From Hemiscyllium ocellatum (Eukaryota): DNA of 64,000 bases. How positions within the stretch are numbered: position 1 is the stretch's first letter; every line of letters starts with the position of its first letter. The notes below the pieces were generated by a model, which had not been told where the DNA came from, did not search any database, and saw nothing but the letters and a program-made list of their open reading frames with translations. The stretch spans positions 58,494,320 to 58,558,319 of the forward strand of contig NC_083412.1 in assembly GCF_020745735.1 (NCBI RefSeq), written 5' to 3'. Made by a program: the position numbers and the translations under genes. Shown one piece after another: positions 61,280 through 64,000 of this stretch.

Positions 61280-61680
61280 GTGCTGGACGACCTTCTCTCT
61301 CTCGTAGCCCTACACATGGAAGAAAAAAAAACACCAATTCGACTGGGACAACACTTCTATCCTGGGACAGGCCAGAGAATTCCTAGAGGTCTGGCACTCC
61401 AACCACAACGCCATAAACAAACATATAGATCTAGATACCATCTATCAACCCCTCAGAAAACAAACAGGAAATGACATCACCACAAACCCCAGGAACCCCA
61501 TCCAGGACAAACATACAAATAGAAAGCAGGAGACAACACTTGGAGGTCACCACTGATGATGTTACCTAGCCAGGTAATGAAACGTCTGGATATCAAACCT
61601 ATAGCTCAGCGAGCAAACCTACACCTTAAACCTCAATCTGAGCTATAAATCTTCACAAACCTTGCAAAAACCTTAGAAAA
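61280..61680 (+). mobile_element. Penelope-like 3' fragment of a different family (variant-D hammerhead)
   Basis: SLVALHMEEK.HQFDWDNTSILG..REFLEVWHSNHNAINKHIDLD.IY post-GIY-YIG C-terminus. Confidence 0.82.
61550..61589 (+). ncRNA. Minimal hammerhead ribozyme motif, variant D, intact
   Basis: CCA-CTGATGA-T-GTTACCT agcc AGGTAAT-GAAAC-GTC-TGG: 3-bp stem I and 7-bp stem II. Confidence 0.72.
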
Positions 61681-62189
61681 TGTTTGCTAAATCATTTCCA
61701 CAAAACCAGCAAAGCTCCACAAAATGCAGAGATAGCCCTTAGTCCAGCTGCAAAGCTTTATATTTCACTCTATGACTTCTTGAAAGTTTCGGGGAAATTA
61801 AACTTAAAAGCAAAGATGTAGACTGCAAGTGTGTGATTACGAGGTCAAGAATGAAAGAAAAAGTCAAGATGGCGCTACTTCTGACACTGAAGAGATATTT
61901 TCTTCAAGAAAGAGGTTTTAATTGAAAGTTTTTGCATTCAAAATTAATTTAAAGAGAAAGCAATCATCTAGAAAAAATGTGGCAACTAATTTTTCAGTTT
62001 TGGCTGACTTTGAAGAATCAGAAAAGCAGCAGTGTGAAGGTATAAAGTTGCTAATGAAAGATTATCCTGACAAAGTTGTTTTTAAGTGCATTGGAAAGAT
62101 AAAGCACATCCAAGTTTATAGCAAGGAAAACTATTCGGATGTGATGCAGGACCTGAATCAAATCATAATTGAAGATAAGATTCAATTGG

Positions 62190-63250
62190 CTTTCACTGAT
62201 GCCAGAGCAATGTTTGTCATTTATACAAATGACTTGGATGAGAATATAATAAGTATGGTTAGTATGTTTGCAGATATCACCAAAATTGGTGATATAGTAG
62301 ATAGTGCGGAAGGTTATCTAAGATTACACAGGAATCTTGATCAACTGGGCCAATGAGTTGAGGAGTGGCAGGTGGATAATTTAGATAAATGTGAGCTGCT
62401 GCATTTTGATAAGACTAATAAGAGCAGGACTTACACAGTTGACGGTAGAGCCCTGGGTAGTGCTGTCAAACAGGGAGACCAGGGTTCAGGTACATAGTTC
62501 ATTTAAAGTTATGTCGCAGGTAGGTAGGTAGGGTGTTAAAGAAGGCCAAAAATACTGTGAATGCTATAAATCAGAAATAAAATGAGAAACTGCTGGAAAA
62601 GCTCAGCAACTATGGAGAGAAATCAGAGTTAATGTTTCAGGTCGACTAAACCTTCCTCAAAACTTGGAGCTCTGAGGAAGGGCTTATGTCCGAAATGTCG
62701 AATTTCCTGTTCCTTGGTTGTTGCCTGACCTGCTGCGCTTTTCCAGCAACACATTTTCACCTCTGCTCTGAGGAAGGGTCAATCATCCTGAAATGTTAAC
62801 TCTGATTTCTCTCCGCAGATATTGCCACACCTGCTGAGCTTTCCATTTTTGTTTGTGGTAAAAAAGTCACTTGACACGTTTGCCTTCATTGCCAAACTGT
62901 TGAGTATTGGAATTGGTACATCATCTTGCGGTTTTACAAGACTTTGGTGAGGCCACTTCCGGAGTACTGTGCACAGTTCTGGACATCTTGCTAAAAGAAG
63001 GATTTTATAAAATTGGAGAGGGTGCAGAAAAGATTTACAAGGATGTCACCGGGACTGGAGGGTTTGATTTATAAGGAGAGGCTGGACAGGCTGTGACTTT
63101 TTTCACTGGAGCATAGGAGGTTAAAGGGTGATTTTATAGAGGTTTATAAATCATGAGAAGCATAGATAAGGTCAATAGCAAAAGTCTTTTTGCCTATGGT
63201 GGGGGAGTTCAAAACTACAAGGTATGATCTTAAGGTGAGAGAAGTAAGAT
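62190..63250 (+). mobile_element. CR1-clade LINE 3' half
   Basis: SMFADITKIG, RPLPEYCAQFW and LKGDFIEVYK. Confidence 0.85.
62547..62854. mobile_element. Variant-C palindromic mini-element containing a nested variant-A unit (62683-62764)
   Basis: Outer degenerate 14-bp TSD gtgttaaagaaggc / gtggtaaaaaagtc; inner perfect 14-bp repeat GCTCTGAGGAAGGG (62669-62682, 62765-62778). Confidence 0.78.
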
Positions 63251-64000
63251 TTAAAAGGAACCTGAGTTCTCAAGAATATTGGCATCATGGTAGCTCCCAG
63301 GGTACTGTGCTCCTAAAAAATGGCACTGATAGTCATAGAAAGCTTGCACATCGATGGACTAGAACTCTCTTCCTGCTGATGAACTCAACTTAGGTATGAT
63401 ATAGGCTCTCAGTGTGATATGTGCAGAGTCCATTGCATTCTAAACATGGGGGAACCCAGCAATGTTGCTGAATCTAACTGCCCAAGGTGCAGCACTGACC
63501 TTATCACATGGGAACACGATGAAGTGGTGTGATCTGGAACAAGCTGCATCACTAACAGACTTGACTTGTGTGGGTCCTAGACTGTGAGATCTCACAAATG
63601 TTTCCAATGGCTCCTTTGAAGGAACCAGTTGCCAAAAGGTTCAGCACATACGCCACCTTGCCAGCCCCAGGGATGCAAAGGTCTCCCATTCTTTCAGGTC
63701 CCCCGCAGGTCCCACTCCAGCATGTGATATAGTTTTGTGACAGTGTCCTGGGGCATCCTCACCTTGCTGTGACACTGTGTCTTCCTCACCTGGAGGAAGC
63801 GGCAAAATGGTTTCCATGATGACTAATTCCAGCCTTCCTGTGCATCCTGGGAGGAACTTTCAGTTGTGACTCTTCATGTGGATGCTGTTTGGCATCAGCT
63901 GGAGGATTGCTGCTAGCCCTGCGCTTTTGCTGGCACATTAGTTGCTCTTCAGTATCTCTTAGCCTTCATTGCTGTGTAGCAAGAGCAATGTTACCCCCTG

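Overview
Repeat-dominated vertebrate genomic DNA. HE1-type SINEs and HER1/CR1-type LINEs point to an elasmobranch (shark) host; this is an inference. Main contents: (1) A 7,691-bp minus-strand endogenous retrovirus (5227-12917) with two 808-bp LTRs differing at 5 sites by manual comparison, a 4-bp TSD (GTTC), PBS and PPT. It carries an 8-unit hairpin array in the leader, a very long (~975 codon) gag with an unassigned N-terminal extension, a UGA-CGG gag-pro junction, a protease, a 2H-phosphoesterase domain (HVT/HIT) and only the first ~65 codons of RT. The rest of pol and any recognisable env are missing. (2) The first two coding exons of an EWI-family Ig gene (IGSF3-like, + strand): a leader exon at 40108-40159 and a V-domain exon at 42296-42673 ending in a GC donor. 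(3) At least 14 short Penelope-derived insertions (82-907 bp), each flanked by a 10-16-bp TSD. Many carry minimal hammerhead-ribozyme cores (four sequence variants) and several are head-to-head palindromes with a reproducible arm asymmetry. (4) Many decayed LINEs (CR1/HER1, Rex1/Babar, RTE, a further RT clade), Penelope RT/GIY-YIG fragments, a hAT transposase relic and simple repeats. Boundaries of old repeats are approximate, all identities were counted by eye, and no database searches were run.
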